This document shows positions 63,185 to 64,000 of a DNA stretch of 64,000 bases, piece by piece. Numbering within the stretch: the first letter of the stretch is position 1; each line of letters begins with the position of its first letter. The translations under genes and the position numbers were made by a program. The notes beneath the pieces are model-generated. The model was not told the DNA's origin. It was given only the letters and a program-made list of their open reading frames with translations, and ran no database searches. The stretch is from Alphaproteobacteria bacterium (lineage in GTDB: Bacteria > Pseudomonadota > Alphaproteobacteria > Bin95): assembly GCA_965205265.1 (NCBI GenBank), contig CBDBGH010000003.1, positions 3,296,001-3,360,000 on the forward strand, written 5' to 3'.

Positions 63185-64000
63185 TTATTCCGCCGGAATG
63201 CGGGCGATGCGCAGCACATTCGTGGCGCCGGGGGTGCCGAACGGCACGCCCGCGGTGATGACCACCGTGTCGCCCGGCCCCGCGACATCCTCGAGCGCGG
63301 CGGCGGCCACCGCCTTGCGCACCATTTCGTCGAAATCGCGCACATCGGCCGTATGGACGCTGTGAACGCCGCAGGTGAGCGAGAGGCGCCGCGCGGTGGC
63401 GAGCTCGGAGGTCACGCCCAGAATCGGCTGCTCCGGGCGTTCGCGGGCGGCGCGCAGCGTCGTCGAGCCCGACGTGGTGTAGGTCACGATGGCGGCCGCT
63501 CCGATCGTGTCGGCCACCTGGTGGGCGGCGGCCGAGATGGCGTCCGCCGAGGTCGCCATGGGCGGGCGCTGTTCGGCCGCCGCGATGCGCCGGTGCGACG
63601 GGTCTCGCTCCACCCGGTCGATTACCCGGCCCATGATCTCGACCGCCGCCGTCGGATGGGAGCCGGCCGCGGTCTCCGCCGAAAGCATGACCGCATCCGC
63701 CCCGTCATAGACCGCGGTCGCCACATCCGAGACCTCCGCGCGCGTCGGCGCCGGAGCATGCACCATCGATTCCAGCATCTGGGTCGCCACGATTACCGGC
63801 TTGCCCGCATCGCGGCAGGTGCGGATGATCGTCTTCTGGGCGATCGGCACCTCTTCCGCCGGCATTTCGACCCCGAGATCGCCGCGCGCCACCATTACGG
63901 CGTCGGCGGCGGAGACAATTTCCTCGATGCAGTCGAGCGCGGCGGGTTTCTCCACCTTGACCAGAACATGCGCCCGGCTGCCGATCAAACGGCGCGCCTC
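63185..64000 (-). CDS. pyk: Pyruvate kinase, 3' part (5' end outside the window)
   Basis: KVEK, MVARGDLGVE, ATQMLESM, PTRAEVSDVA, DAVMLSAETA, GVPFGTPGATN. Confidence 0.96.
   Translation of the reverse strand, partial: EARRLIGSRAHVLVKVEKPAALDCIEEIVSAADAVMVARGDLGVEMPAEEVPIAQKTIIRTCRDAGKPVIVATQMLESMVHAPAPTRAEVSDVATAVYDGADAVMLSAETAAGSHPTAAVEIMGRVIDRVERDPSHRRIAAAEQRPPMATSADAISAAAHQVADTIGAAAIVTYTTSGSTTLRAARERPEQPILGVTSELATARRLSLTCGVHSVHTADVRDFDEMVRKAVAAAALEDVAGPGDTVVITAGVPFGTPGATNVLRIARIPAE

Overview
High-GC alphaproteobacterial chromosome segment (Rhodospirillales-like gene order, by inference), mostly housekeeping and metabolic genes: TRAP dctP, tRNA-Pro(GGG), pobA, ffh-rpsP-rimM-trmD-rplS-leuC-leuD, cnoX cluster, ubiH-family hydroxylase, glnK-amtB, purine ABC transporter with guaD, DUF4212 plus Na+/solute symporter, thiolase, carA-carB-greA, yqeY-dnaG-rpoD, dcd, acs and pyk. 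Several small accessory islets are interspersed. The two most notable are: (1) two diverged copies of an apparently unannotated dispersed element (~12670-13665 and ~20975-21340). Both share a sigma70-type promoter, two palindromic hairpins, a 15-codon MPE...AC.. mini-ORF and 10-bp-phased CATGACA repeats; one copy carries a cargo gene and the other precedes a PD-(D/E)XK nuclease. (2) An A/T-richer lipid-handling islet encoding a GPP34/GOLPH3-domain-cytochrome P450 fusion with an atypical I-helix, convergent with an MMPL/RND transporter and a LolA-like carrier. Also present are decayed toxin-antitoxin modules, a tandem pair of TM-coiled-coil paralogues and a frameshifted RidA-family gene. No CRISPR array, rRNA, integrase or transposase was seen. 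All family calls come from motif recognition by eye, not database searches.
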